A stretch of 64,000 nt of DNA from Cenococcum geophilum (Eukaryota). Positions 11,752 to 26,305 of the stretch are shown piece after piece (the stretch's first letter is position 1; the number at the start of each line of letters is the position of its first letter). The stretch lies in NCBI GenBank assembly GCA_050273025.1, contig CP158635.1:24552001-24616000 (forward strand), in the 5' to 3' direction. Both the position numbers and the translations under genes were made by a program. The notes below the pieces were generated by a model. That model saw nothing but the letters and a program-made list of their open reading frames with translations. It was not told the origin of the DNA and searched no databases.

Positions 11752-14262
11752 GTACTCTATTACTTTCTTCTTAAAAATAATAAATCTAGCTAAGTATAAC
11801 TATAAAGTATATAATAAAAAATGCTAGCTATTATTTAATTACTCTTCTAATAGTGCGCAGAGCTTAAAGGTATAAACTTCCGGATTAGGATATATATAGA
11901 TTATAAAGCCCTAGAGTACTTTATAGCTATAAAGCAGCTTACTAAATAATAAGCCTAGTAGGCCAAAATACTCTTTTAATTCTTTTTTACAATTATATAT
12001 TGTTCTAGTAAGTAAAACTTTAAGGCTAATACCCTAACCTAAAGAGAATAAGATATAGGACCCTAGGATAAGCTAAAGACCTAATATTGGACGCGCGCCC
12101 TCTTCTATCTAGAACAGCTTAACCTATAAATCCTTAAGGAGCTAGACTTTTAGCAAAACGAGCTAGTACTAATAGAGGAGTCCTTAGATAAGCTAATAGG
12201 GCTAATTAACCGCCTCTTAACTATAAACCGCACGGCTAACGCCCTAAGGGCCCTTCGCAAATAAGCTATAAAGGGAGACCCCGATTTTAAGATGGATAAA
12301 GGATTACTCCTATACTAAGAGCGGCTTATAGTCCCTAACGTTAATAATCTACGGACTAAACTAATCCGCGAAGCTCATTGCTAAGTCTCTATAATATACC
12401 CTAGCAAGAACAAAACCCATAAAATTATTAATTACCGCTACTACTAGCCGAGAATAGTTATAGATATTAATTAATATATATAGAACTGTAAAGACTACTA
12501 AAGAGCTATAATCCTACGGGATAAAACCCTAGGACTACTTAAGCCACTTCTAATACTAGAGCGCCCATAGCAGTATATCTTTATAGACTTTTATAAACTA
12601 CCTAGGGACCGTAACAGATATAATATAGTTATAGTTATAGTTGACTGCTTTAGTAAATGCCCGTTCTTAATTCCCTATTACAAGAATATCGATGCTAAAG
12701 AGGTAGCCTAGCTATATATCTATTATATCTACTAAATCTATAAATTACTAGATACTATTATATCTAATTATAGGCTATAGTTTATATCGGCTTTTTAAAA
12801 TAAGTTTATTTAGATCCTAGGCATTAAGCTAAAGCTTTCTATAGCTTATTACCCCTAGATAGACAGTTAGACGGAGATTATAAATTAGTACCTAGACTAA
12901 AGGCTTAGGCCCTTTATTAACTATTTCTAGAATAACTAGTCTAAACTACTACCCTTAATAGACTACGTGCAAGCAACCCTACTCCATAACTCTATAGGGT
13001 TTACCCTAATTTAGCTAGAAATAAGATACTTACCCTATATAAGCTGTAACTAAAAAAGGCTAAAAGAACCCTAGACTGTATAAGAGAAGCTATTCTATAC
13101 TAAGGCCTAATAGTATACTAAACATTTAAAGGAAGCCTGGATAATAGCCCGCGAGAACCTAGAAAGAGCTTAAAGATTAATAAAATAGTAGGCGAATAAA
13201 CACTGTTAAGAGCCTAACTTTGTCCCTAGTAATATAGTCTAGGTTATAATAAGGAATTGAAAGACTAAATAACCTAGCCGTAAGCTGGACTACTAGATAG
13301 TAGGACTGTATAAGGTTCTTAAGAAGATAGGCAACTTATATAAGATAAAGCTCCTAGATTTAATTAGGGTTTACCCTATCTTTTTACTAGATAAGTTATG
13401 AAAAGCTATAAACGACCTATTGCCTAGATAAAAGAACGAGCCTTCCCTACTAATTTAAGTAAATAGTAATAATAAATAGGAGGTTAATGAAATACTGGCC
13501 TATAAGATAGTATAAGGAACGCTAAAATACCGTGTTAAGTAGAAGGGCTATAATTTTAACCTAACCTAGTACCTTATATAGAACTTTATAGGCTACCCCT
13601 AGAAGCTTAAAGAGTTTTATAACTAATACCCTAATACGCCTAGACCCCTAAAGTACCTAGACGAATAGATAGAGTGCTAGTATAATAAAGACAATAAGTT
13701 ACCGGAAAAATATAGGGTCAAAAACGCCCTAAAGCCCTAATACAGCTATCTGCCGAATTTTACCATATTTGGCCGTTTTCTGCAAGTACTATGAAATTTC
13801 AGATATCTAGAAACTTTAACCAGCGGTTAAAGTTATCTAATTAGTTAGATCCGTGCTAAGACTTTTAGCAGCTACTCTTTCTAGCCTAGTGCTTCCACTT
13901 AGCCTATAATCGCCTTTTGTACTTAGTCTGGATATACTTATATCCCCTTTTATCTCCTTATCTTATATTTTATAATCCTACGTTTATAAGCCTAGTGCTA
14001 CCCTATTTCTAACTAAGCCTAAAGGCAGGCTTTCTTTTAAAGAGGGGGGTAATGTAACGGCGCTATTACACATTACCTACTAAATTCTGCTATATCCTGC
14101 TAACCTAAAATTAGCCCGCCTAAAGCTAGCGCCTTAGCGGCTTACCTTATATATTTGTTTATATTGGTCCTAGCGACCCCTTTTCCTTCTCTTTAGCTTA
14201 GTATCTTTGTAAGATAGCATTCTACAAGCTTTGGTTTAGAAGCATTTATATAAGCTATTACA
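11752..14262 (+). mobile_element. pol: Chromodomain gypsy Gy1, 3' part (RNase H, integrase, chromodomain, PPT, 3' LTR 14053-14262)
   Basis: De-RIP HPIAFFSK..PAECNYEVYDKEMLA at 11753, YYPQTDGQTE integrase motif at ~12847 and WEVDEILA..YRVKWKGY chromodomain at ~13477. PPT AAGAGGGGGG is followed by an LTR TGTAAC...TTACA. Confidence 0.9.
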
Positions 14263-14787
14263 CTAAATTAGCATAAAGCCGCTAGAGTTACTGCTCTTTA
14301 ATAAGCTATTTTAAATAAGATTAGAGCCTAGTTAGTAAATAAAAAACTACTAAAAAAACCTACCTAAATTTGCTATAATGTGTTAACGAATTAATAGGGA
14401 CCTTTAATATAATAAATAGACTTATTCTTTAAAGCCAACTATACCTTGCGTCTAAAGCTCTATAAAACTAATATATACCCTAAAGTGCGACTTATCTCTA
14501 AAACCTAAAAGCCCTATATACGACCCTATGGACCTTAACGCTACTTAATCCTATATATCCTTAGGAACCGATAAATAAAGAACATAAGCCATAAATAGAG
14601 AATGCTTTAGATGTGGTAAAAAGGGATATATTTAAAGGAATTACCAAACTTACCCTTTTAAACAGGTCCGTTATAGTTCCTCCCAATTATTAAGTCGTAC
14701 TTATTCCTTAAATTATACTTATTTCTTAACCTATACTTATTCTATAAATTATATTTATTTACTATAAAGTATTTCTCCCTTAGTTAA

Positions 14788-17700
14788 TGTTGGTATGCTT
14801 TAACAACGTGCAGAATACATATATTACGATAATATGTACTATGCGGTGTTGTAGGTGGATCTTGTCTTTTTAATACGAAGAAGGGTAAGGAACTTAAGGT
14901 TCCTTACCACGCTAGTGCCGCGGTAACACGTGACGGTAACTTGCCTCATATAATGGCAACTTGCCACACATATTGGCAATTTGCCTCTTATTGCAATATA
15001 ATATATTCTAGCTATACTAGGAGTACTTTAGAAAATGCGGAGGACTAGTATTCTATAACTGTGCAGTTCGAAAATCCATATATATACTTCTCTTTTTTTT
15101 CTTCCTTCCTTCCTTCCTTCCTTACCCTATGCCTTTATATCAGTGCTATTATCAGTAGCACGTTCTACCCATTCTACTATCTTTAACTCGATTCGGTTTG
15201 TGTTAATAAGTCGCTTAAGAGCTAATAACGGTTTGCTTTTAGTCATAGCGTCTATAGGGTTACTGTCTCCATCGATTTATTTAACTTTAGCTATTTCGCG
15301 TCTTTTATATAACTAATATAGGCATATAATATTAATTATAAGTCTCTTCTCCTATATAGTTCCTAGTTTAATAAGGCATTTATAAATCGACTTTAAATCG
15401 GTGTAAAGAATAAGCGGTAGGCTAATATTAAGTTATAATTTAACTATGGCCTTAATTACAGCGCCGATGTCAAAACTATAGGCTATAGCATATAATTCGG
15501 AGGCTAGTACGCTTCTAGTAATTCTCTTACACTTAACTAAGGACCAGTAGACGATATTCGCCTTATTTAATAAGTCTGCTAGTACCAGGATATATCTAAT
15601 CTGTAATAAAAGATCCTTATTATTTACAAATAAGGAATTAGTAAATATAAGTAGTTATAATATCTCTATATCGAGTTTAACAAAGTTTAAACCTCTTATT
15701 AGGTTCTTAATTTGCCACTAAATCCTCTTATTAAGCAGTTTTACGTCTTTCTTATTAGGGTTAATCACTTAGGCAGCGTAGGATAAATTAAAAGAAGCTT
15801 TAGGCTGGCATACGGACGCAATATAAGCTCCTCTTACTTGTTGGGCGATGTATTAGTCCTTAAGTGTAAGTGCTGTGCAAATAATACCTCTAGAACTAGT
15901 TATTATAATAGCTTCCTTAATATTAACAAGGGTTAAGTTCTAGCATTAGCGCTCCTACGTAAGCGTAATTATATAATCCTATTATTGGATAATGCCTCCG
16001 TTAAACTTAATTAGGTATTTCAGCGTAAGTTATTCGCGTTCCTTAGTTAGGAACTTAGCTTTTTTAATCTTCTCCTATTCTAAAGCTGCAAAGACTAAGT
16101 TAACTAGTAGGAGGGTGTTATTAGTCTATAAACCAACTATTCCGAAATTTATAGGGTTATTAAGGTGGAGTAAGCAGGGGTTATAAGTAGATTGGCTTAT
16201 ATTTAGTTCTTTAATATAGTAGTTATAGTAAGTCTTAAACTAATGATTGCCTACCTTAGGAATGCCGTATAAAGGTCTAATAACCTTTAGAATTGTGCCT
16301 TATAAGACTCCAAGTACCGTACTAAGTTTAAGAGGTGCCCTAATATAGAAGTCTTGATTTAGTCTTATAGCTAATTATATATAGGCTTATAAAATATCTT
16401 ATAAGTAGAGATATATACCATTGTTCTAAGTTATGGCCGTAATACAGAGAATAAGGCGTTGGCTAACTCATTAAATCATAGGTGATTAGGTTAATACGAG
16501 GTCTTTTTCTAGGTTATTATATACCTATATAACTAGTCTTAACTTCTTAAAGGCTTTATTAAAACCGGGGTTCTTAATCTTGTTAACAAATCTAGAGTTG
16601 AATACTCTGTTGCTTTATAGTATATCTTTAGGGTTAACTAGTTTAAAAACTCCTTTCTTAAGTAATCCCTTAATTTTCTTCTGGCGTAATACTACAAACT
16701 AATTAGACTTTATAAGTTGACTATTATCCTTATCTTATAGATATATTAAAATGTTTGCGGTATTAGCTTTAATAGGGTACTTATATAGTCTACCTCTTTT
16801 ACGCTTAACGGGTTAAGGTCTAGGCTCAGTTTAAGGTAAGGGTTTAGGTTTAGTTTGAGGTAGGGGTTTAGGCTTAGTTTAAGGTAGTTCGCTTTTATTA
16901 TCTTCTAGTTATATATCTTTTGTAATCTTATGGTCTACTAGATATAGTTTTATAACCGTACTATGGAAGTTAGTGGGTCTATAGGGAAGTTATATAGTAT
17001 AAGTCTTATTTTTAGTGCTAAGTAGGTTATACGGACTAGACTAGTAACTAGGTTAGCCTATAGGTCCTTCTCTCCATACTAATATAGGTGAGTTAAGTGG
17101 TAGGTTATAGATCGTAGTTATCTTAGGTCTATTACGTATGTTAAGGGCATCTGCTACTTAGCGCTTAGCTCTAAGCTTCTTAACTTCTTCTATAGCCTTT
17201 TTAAGGGCTATTACTCGTTGTGCAACTATAGGATTAGGTATATCAGATTCCGCTATATATAGGTAAGCTCCAAATACTAGTAAGGTAGGTATAAGACCGT
17301 TAAGACCTGCGGAATCGTTAATTACTTTAAAAGCCATTTACAGGGCTATATCCTTACTAATATCTAGCAGTTTTGCAGTAATAATATGGTATATGCGATA
17401 GAGGGGGCCATAGTAGCGTTCTACTATTCCGACTAAATTATAGGCTTTAATAGGTACACTTCTTATAACTATTTTAAATATTATAGCGTATTATTTAAAT
17501 TCCTTACTTATAAAATTCTTGCCTGCATTATATATAATAATATTAGGAGGTCCTAGGTATATATTAATCCAGTATATTTATAATACATCCTATATATACT
17601 TGGCGCTAATATTTTACAGCTATCTACTAGCTTGAAATTATATTCCTTTATTAACAATATATAAAAGGGGTGCGCCCTTAATATACATAATATTAACTAT

Positions 17701-20633
17701 AATTAAATAGTTAAAATTAATATTATTATAAAAGGTAAATCTAAATCTACCAGGCAACTTTCCATATTTTTAATAATAGTGGTAGTAGCGTATAAGATAA
17801 TCTAAGGTCTTACTATTAATATTATGCCCTAAGCGTTTAAGTATTCGTATAAGATGCTTAGCTAAAGGGTAGCCAAAACAGCAATGCAGTTGCTTTAATT
17901 CTACGTCGGTGAGGTAGCAGGGGTTTTATTTAAATAACTCGGTTAAATAAGTATATAGGGATGTGTTTTAAAGTAGGAAAGGGTAGCCAAAGTGACATAT
18001 GACGGGTACTTCGCTCCGAGGGGTAATTAGCATATTTTTTAGGTTGTTATAGTATACTTATAGGTAATCTATATCTGCTAAGTAAAGCAAAAATAGGGTG
18101 TCGACCTTAATAATATAAAACTTAATTATGCTAATTAGGGTAATTACTTTGGCTAATCCGACTAATAAGGTTAATCTAATACTGAACTATACGTTAACCA
18201 TGCCTTGTATGGTGGTATTAAGCTATATATTAGTATTAAGTCTCTAAAATGCTAAGAATTGGCCATATCCTACTACAGATCGTTTAGATGCTCCTATATC
18301 AATTATTATACCTATAAATTTATCTGCAGTATAGCGGGACGTAGATGTGGTTATATTGTAGGTAAAGGGGTCCTAGTCGGTTATAAGAGGTACTATATTA
18401 TCTATAGTTGTGACCAAATAGCCAAAGGCTTTATTAGCTAGGGTAGTGGCTATAGAAATCGCTTTCTACTGTTCTACTTGGCCAAGGGAGGTATAGTAGT
18501 AATTAATATTTAGTTATAAGTTCTTGTCAGTTGCCTTATAACTTACATTAATAGTTAATACTTAAAAAGCTTCCTTAAGCTCTTCTTCTAAGTCGGTATT
18601 GTTATCCTCGTAATCTATAATATATTAGTTAAGTTGTTTCTTAAATCGGTTATTAAATTTGCCAAACCTATCTCTATTAGCAGTTCTAAACTTAGCTTTA
18701 AACTCTTTTTATTCGTCCTTAGTATATTTCTATAAGTAATATCCTTTCCTGTTATATATAAAGCAACGTAGTTTTTGTTAGTTGCGGTTACTACAGTTAT
18801 TACGGTTATAGTTGTTATCTCTTTTATAAAATTGTCGGTCCGTAAAGAAAGCTTATATCTTCTCTATATGCTCTTTCTTATATACTATAATAGACGATTA
18901 AAGTTTATTAATAAGGGCTCTGAGGTTATCTAATAGGTTAGAGACTATATATCTACATACTAGTATTCCCTAGTAAGAAGTAACGATTTTGTTATAAAGG
19001 AAGTCTATAGTTTATAAGGTAGGTCTAAGGCCATGCTATAGTTAATAAAGTCTGTAGATTAATAATTAGAGATATTCGCTTATAAACTTGTCTATATTTC
19101 CTGCTATTACTATTATAAGTATAATGGTATTCCACTTGTCTAGGTTCTTGCGTTAAAATCCTAGTCCTTTAAAGAAATTCTAAAGGTGCTCGTAAGCTTT
19201 AGCAAATAGTAGGTGAGACAGTTAGTTTATATAAAAGTAGTCTAAAGCTAGTCCTTTTAATATAGTAGGGAATGCCTTAAGGTAGGCTTCTTAGGGTATA
19301 TCCACTTAATTGTAGATGTCGTAGAATATTATTAATTTATAGTTAAGGCTTTTATTTATACCACTATATTTCTACTCCTCTATATATATCTTAGCTGCAT
19401 TTATAATTTCCTTACTATAGCCGGTCGTAGTAATAGGGCGGTTCTCCTTATCTATAGATTATATGTAGAGCTACTATATTGTTATTACAGGTTAAGGCGT
19501 AGTAGATAGTATAAAAGTAGATATAGTTGTAGATTAAGGTATAACAGATGGTGTAAAGGTAGGGGTAGTTAGTATACCAGTTGGTTGGGTTACGGTAGTT
19601 TTAGCTTATTATTACTCCTTTAAGGTACCCTCTGTTATATATACCTTAATTGATCTTAATAGCGTTAATCCGTACTTATTCTTAGCTAATTTAATCATCT
19701 CTCTACTCTATTTAGTTTGGTTTTCTTTTTATACTATATTATATAAAGACTAAGGGAGTGTTTTATTTTGTTTATAGTTAATATTAACCTATACTCCTCT
19801 AATGTTTAGGCAGTTATATAGTTGCTAAAGCTAGTATAAGGGGATTTACGTAAAGATATTAACCGTAAAGTCCTTAAAATCTCCCTAGAACGATTCCTAA
19901 AGTGTTAAGTCTAGCTAATTATATATCTCTGTATATAGGTATATCTTACATTATAGGTAGTTAGTTAGGTTATCCTTAGAGGCTTCCATTAGGTTAATTC
20001 TATCTTCCTATTTAGCTACTTCTTCCTCCCAATCTTTCTTTATTCCTAACATCTTATATCTTATATATTATTTAGGTAAATAAGGGTATTTATAGGGTAA
20101 AGGTAGGGGAGCGGTTAAGGAGGCGGTTAAGGAGGTGGTTAAGGAGGTAGTTTAAAGGGGCGGTTGAGTAGGATAAGGTGTTTTACGCAGTGGTCCTCTA
20201 GAATAGATAGAACGAGATATCTAAAAGTTGTCGTGGATACCAGACAAATACTTCTAGGTAGTTTCTCTTCTTCTCTTTAACTAAAATAGGCTAATATAAA
20301 AGGTAGATAAGTATAACTATCTTTTAATCTGCTGTAAGGTAGACAGTATAACTATCTTCTAAGCTATCTGCGTGTTTCCTAATCTATACGCGCTTACTAA
20401 TCAGTATTAGTATGCTTTAACAACGTGCAGAATATATATATCACGATAATATATACTATGCGGTGTTATAGGTAGATCTTATCTTTTCAATATAAAGAAG
20501 GGTAAGGAACTTAAGGTTTCTTACCACGCTAGTGCCGCGGTGACACGTGACGGTAACTTGCCTCACATAACGGCAACTTACCACACGTGTCGGCAATTTG
20601 CCTCCTATTACAATGTAATATATTCTAGCTACA
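14788..20633 (-). mobile_element. Full-length Ty1/copia family A, copy 2 (RIP-inactivated)
   Basis: 229-bp LTRs at 14788-15016 and 20405-20633; TSD GTTAA. Domain order gag-PR-IN-RT-RH on the minus strand (KPLYGIP at ~16270; SVLASE at ~15500). Confidence 0.96.
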
Positions 20634-21104
20634 GTTAACTTAGAAAACAAATTATCCTAGGGCTAAGTTGCGCCTTAGAATAGAAAGTGGTAGAATATAA
20701 GTATTTAGGCTCTTTTAGCGCTAATATATAATATAACTCCCTTAATATACTTAGCAAAATTTAAATACTTAGAAAATGGAAGGAAGTATAAATCTTAATA
20801 GATAGTGGAGCTATTAGCATAGGCTTTATTAATATAAACTACGCAAAAACTTAATATCTAAATTTAAAAGAACTTAACTAACTATAAGGTCTGCTAGACT
20901 TTAATAGTAAACCTTTAATATATAGCAAACTAACACACTACGCTTGTGTAAAACTATAGATAGGTAAACACCTTAAATACGTCTCCCTATTTATAACACC
21001 CTTAAAGTAATATAAGATAATTCTTAGATATAGATAGCTAAAATAACACAACCCTTTAATTAGCTGGGTTAAAGAAATACTAAAATTCTGTATAACCTAC
21101 TACT

Positions 21105-22813
21105 TATAACGGCTCGAACTATTAAACAAATCTCTCAATAGAGACTTAAATAAATACTTATAAGGAGAAGCGAACGAATGCTATATTATGAAGATATTAA
21201 GCTAAGGAGTAAGAGAAGGTGGTAAGGCTACGTCTATAGATATATGCCAAGTCCTAAGCGAACCCCTAAGTAGGTGACGCGCCCCAGCGCCATCATATCA
21301 CCCCCCCCCTTTAAAAAAGCCTGCCCTTAGGCTTTTCTCTAGGTGCTTATCTATCTTACATATAGTAAATAAATTAAATCTTACCCCTTTATAACCGACC
21401 AATTTCCTTATCTATATCCAAATCCGATTCTAATTTAAATTCCTAATTATAGGTAGCCAGATTGCGGAGAGCCTATTTTTAGAGAGCCTAGTTACAGTTA
21501 CGGAGGGCTATTATACTAATCTGCTTCTTAAACAGCTCTAGCAGATAATCTTTAACCTAGTAGTTATATGCACTATAGCGTACGCAACGTCCTTCTAATC
21601 TATATTATTCTCTATAAGCTAGTAACATAGACCGAGCGCGGGGTCTTATAGGGGAACTAGTAGATTATAGGGGTGTAGATTATGCGGAGGTAGATTGTGC
21701 GGAGATAGATTGTACAAAGATAGATCGTGCGGAGATAGGGGTATTAATTACGTTAATTCCAATAGCACCAATATCCATAGGCTCTGCTCCGCGATAGTAG
21801 TTGCCGTTACCATTACCATTGCTAGAAGACTATACTATAGAATAAGAAGACAATCGGCCAGCTAGCTATTAAACGGTTCGAACAAAATCAGGGTATTTTT
21901 TTGGTAGGTTAAGCTACTAATTAAGCCTGCTATAGATAGTAGTGCTTAGCCCGTTCCTAAATATCGATATCTTATTAATATCCGGCCAATTTTACCCGTC
22001 TGCCTCGTATAGAACGCGTTCGAATTTTAATATATAGGTCGGTACTAAATCATTGTCTTACCGTAGGGACAGCAGCCTATCCTCTGCCTGTTATACCTTG
22101 TTTAGGTTATTATAAACGCACACCAACTAATTAAGAATTATATTATAATCCCACATATTTAACTTTTCTGCCTATCTAAGCTGGGGGAGAACCATTGCCT
22201 ATACACTGCTATCGAGATTTAAGTACACGTAGTAGAACTACGCGACTATATCGCCAATAGCCGCACTATTAACCCGTAACTTTACCTTAATCGATGGCAA
22301 CTAAATATCAAATTTATAAGAATGTCCGTTAAACTTTTTGGGGTCTAGAAGGGAGGGCTTTAGTTAGGAGGGGGTGGTCGTTATAGAATGTAAAAATTGG
22401 ACTTCGGCTTGCAGCTATGCGACCTAGGCCTATAAGTCTGCAAAAGCCTGCATTAGGTCCATTGTAGAAGAAGATAATAATAATAAAGAAGAAGAAACGC
22501 GAGCCTGGGGTAAACCTAAGAGAAGCTATAGGTGTCGCTCGCACGTATATACGATCAGCCTATACGAAACCTAAGACCTAAGATACTGCAGCCTGCGTAT
22601 AACCGGGGAGCTTAATATAATATAACGGCTTAAACTATTAAACAAATATCTCGACAGAGACTTAAATAAATGCTTATAAGGAGAAGCGAACGAATACTAT
22701 ATTATAAAGATATTAAGCTAAAGAGCAAGAGAAGGTAGTAAGGCCACGTCTATATATACATGCCAAGTCCTAAGCGAAACCCTAACTAGGTGACGCGCCT
22801 TAGCGCCGTCACA
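21105..22813 (-). mobile_element. gag: Non-autonomous gag-only LTR element of gypsy type (1.7 kb)
   Basis: 193-bp LTRs at 21105-21297 and 22621-22813; TSD CTACT; G-run PPT at ~21301. De-RIP gag LPDPKKFNG..KFDTWLPSIKAKLRVDG and CVRC..H..C knuckle at ~21585. No pol. Confidence 0.92.
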
Positions 22814-25800
22814 CTACTAAAGCTATTATTTAAAATACTACCTGCCTTATAAACATATATAAGACTATTTAAATTTAATATAGTATAAATTGCCCTTATT
22901 ATAAACCTTAAACTAATATAATAAAGCCGTAGCTACTAATCGCTGTAATAAATGTAAAAGTAATATATTAAAACTCCTTAAAATTTATATAATATAAGCT
23001 GCACCTTTTATGTTATTAATAAGAAAATAAAACTGTAAAATCATTACTGTAATAATAGAAGATATTAAAAAGGCGCTAAAACTAAAGCAGTATATTAACC
23101 CTTAACCTCTTATACCCGAGAAGTACTATAATTTAATTAATAAGTTTAAAAAACAATTTATAGACTAGCTACCCCTATATTAAGATAAATACGATTTTAA
23201 GATAGAACTTAAATCTAGTATAATACCTAAGTTTGGTCCGCTATATAGAATGTTATAAGAAGAGCTGCTTATAATATAATAATACCTTAAGGAACATCTA
23301 GAAAAAGAATTTATTTGCCCTAATTAATTACTATTTACCTTACCTATACTATTTATTAAGAAGCTAGAAGAAGGCTTAAAATTTTATATTAATTACTAAG
23401 CTTTAAATATAATTATAATTTAAAACTAGTATCTAATTCCCCTAATTTAAGAGACGCTTAACCGCCTAGTAAAAGTATAATATTTTATAAAGCTTAATAT
23501 AGTCGCTGCCTTTAATCGAATTCGTGTTTATAAAGGAAATAAAAAGTATATAGCCTTCTAAACACGATAGGGACTCTTTAAATACCTAGTAATGCCATTT
23601 AGTATAAAGAACGGTCCCGGTATATTTTAGCAATATATTAATAATACGCTTTATAAATTCCTTAATATATTTATTACCGCGTATATTAATAATATCTTAA
23701 TTTACTTATCTTTGCTTTCTAAGTATTAAAAGTACGTTTAAATAGTCCTTAAATGCCTGCAAGATGCGGGCTTATAATGCAATATTAAGAAATATAAGTT
23801 CCACGTGTCCGAAGTTACGTACTTAGGCCTAATTATATCCCGCAATGAAATTAAAATAGATCCTAAGAAGGTCGCTACGATTATAAACTAGGGAAGCCCT
23901 AGTAATATATAAGATTTTTAAAGATTTTTAAAATTCGCAAATTTTTATTAATAATTTATTAATTACTTCTTAAAAATTACCTAACTATTAGTAAACCTAA
24001 TAAAGAAGAATATAAAATTTAAATAAACTACTAAATGCGAATAAGCCTTAAATAACTTAAAATAACGTTTTATAACCGCTCTAATTCTTACTTACTTTAA
24101 CCCTAACTATAAATATATTATTAAAACGGACTTATCTAATTATGCTCTTAGGGGAGTGTTATCGCAATATAATAAGAACGGTAAGCTATATCTAGTAGCC
24201 TTTTTCCCCCAAAAGCTTACCCCTACTAAATTAAACTATAAGTGTTCGTACTAACTTAATAGCACGAGTGAGTCAGATCCAGGGGCACGAAATACGTGTA
24301 GTATCGTATGCTCTTTTGGATAATAATAACTGTCGATTATATGAAGCAGACTACGTGGTCTATATACTAATACACCTCCCCCCTAATTAGTTAGTGCTTC
24401 ATAAGTGCACCAGACGCGTAAGCGGGTGGTTGGTGCACTGGACGCGTAAACGCGTACCTAGTGTACCGAACGCGTAAGCACGCGGTTAGTACAATAGGTG
24501 CTATAATTATACACTGGCGGTACTTGAAAAATGAAAGCACCTGTATATAGCCTCCGTAATTGTCTTAATAGAACCATAAAACACATAAGAAAATACATAG
24601 GAAATCCCTCCTAGGGTGCCTTCTGGGTTGCCTTCCAAATAGTACTCCAAGCTGGCCGTAGGTCCTGCTTACGGTCCGTAAAATAAACTATACGGCCTTT
24701 TGATAGGCCGTGAATGCACCATACGGCCTTCCGACGGGCCGTAACTAAACCATAAATGCTCCGTTAGTCTCACTTTACCCATTCTATAACCTTTAGGTTA
24801 AGCTTATTCGTATTAATTAGGGTTTTAAGAGCTTAATACGGCTTTACCTTAGTCATAGCGTCTACTAGGTTATCTCCACTACTAATCTATTTAACCTCCG
24901 TAATCTCACGTCGTTTATAGGCCTGATATAAGCACATTAGGTTAACTATAAGCCTCTTCTCTTATATCGTACCTAGTTTAACTAGGCAGTCGTAAAGGGA
25001 CTTTAAATCGGTATATAAAACTAGGGGTAACTACTCTAGTTATAGAATCTTCTGGACCGTTAATTTAATTACGGCTGCTATATTAAATCCATAAGCTAAT
25101 GCATATAGTTTAGAAGCTAGTACACTACGGGTTACTCATTTGCACTTAATTAAAGACCAATATAGTATATTTACGTCCTAATTGCGGTCCATAAGTACAA
25201 TTACAAAGCCGATTTATAATAATAGGTCCCTATTATTAGTAAAGGAGGCGTCCGTAAATACTAGTAGGCTAAGGGAATTTAGATCTAGTGGTATAAAAGT
25301 AAGTCCCCTTACTGCATTGTCGATTTGCCACTAAATGCGCTTATTAAGCTGCTTAACATTTTCTTCTTATAGATCTACTGCCTGGGCCGCAAAGGACAAG
25401 TCATAGGCAGATTTAGGTTAGCAGACTATAGCAATATAGGCGCCTCTTACACGCTATGCAGCGTATTGGTCCTTTATATTTACGGTTTTATAGGTCTCTC
25501 CACGGGAGCTAGTAAGGTCTATAGGCTTTACTATAACGGGCTTTAGGTTTTAAGCTTAGCGTTCCTAAGTTAACTTAATTAGGTTACCCTTTTATATAAT
25601 TAAGCCTCCATTAAACTTAATTAGGGTCTACTCAGTTAACTACTCTCGCGGCTTTACTAAGAACTTTACCTTTTATAATTTAGTTTCTTTAGCGTCCGTA
25701 AAGGTCTAGTCTATTAGGAAGAGGGTATTATCCGTTTAGAGTCCAACAATACTAAGGCCGTTTAATAGGCTATATAGGAGGCAGGGGTTATAGGTCAACT

Positions 25801-26305
25801 GTTCCATTTTAAGTTTACTAACGTAGCGCTAGTAGTATATCTTAAACCAATGGTTTCCAGCTTCCGGTACTCCGTATAGAGGTTTTACAACCTATAGGAT
25901 TGTTCCTGGTTATAGGTTAAGCTCAGGGGATAGTCGTATAAAGATGTCCCTACTTAGGTAAGTATTAGACTGCATATAGGCTTGCGAGATATCCCGTAGG
26001 TAAAGAGCTACGGGTTTACTTTACTATAGTCCGGGCGTAAGTATAAGTATAATCCATTAGCTAACTCATTAAATTGTAGGCGATTGCATAAGGACTAAGC
26101 CCTTCCCTTAGTCATTATAGGCTTATACAATAAGCCTTAATTTTTTAAAAGCTTTATCAGTATCTAGGTGCTTAATTTCGTTAACAAAGCATAAGTTAAA
26201 TATACAGACGCCTTACAGAACGTCTTTCTCCGTTATAACCGCAAAGACGCCCTTTTTAAGTAGTCCGTTAATCTCTTTACGTCGTAAGTCCGTAAAGGGG
26301 GTTTC

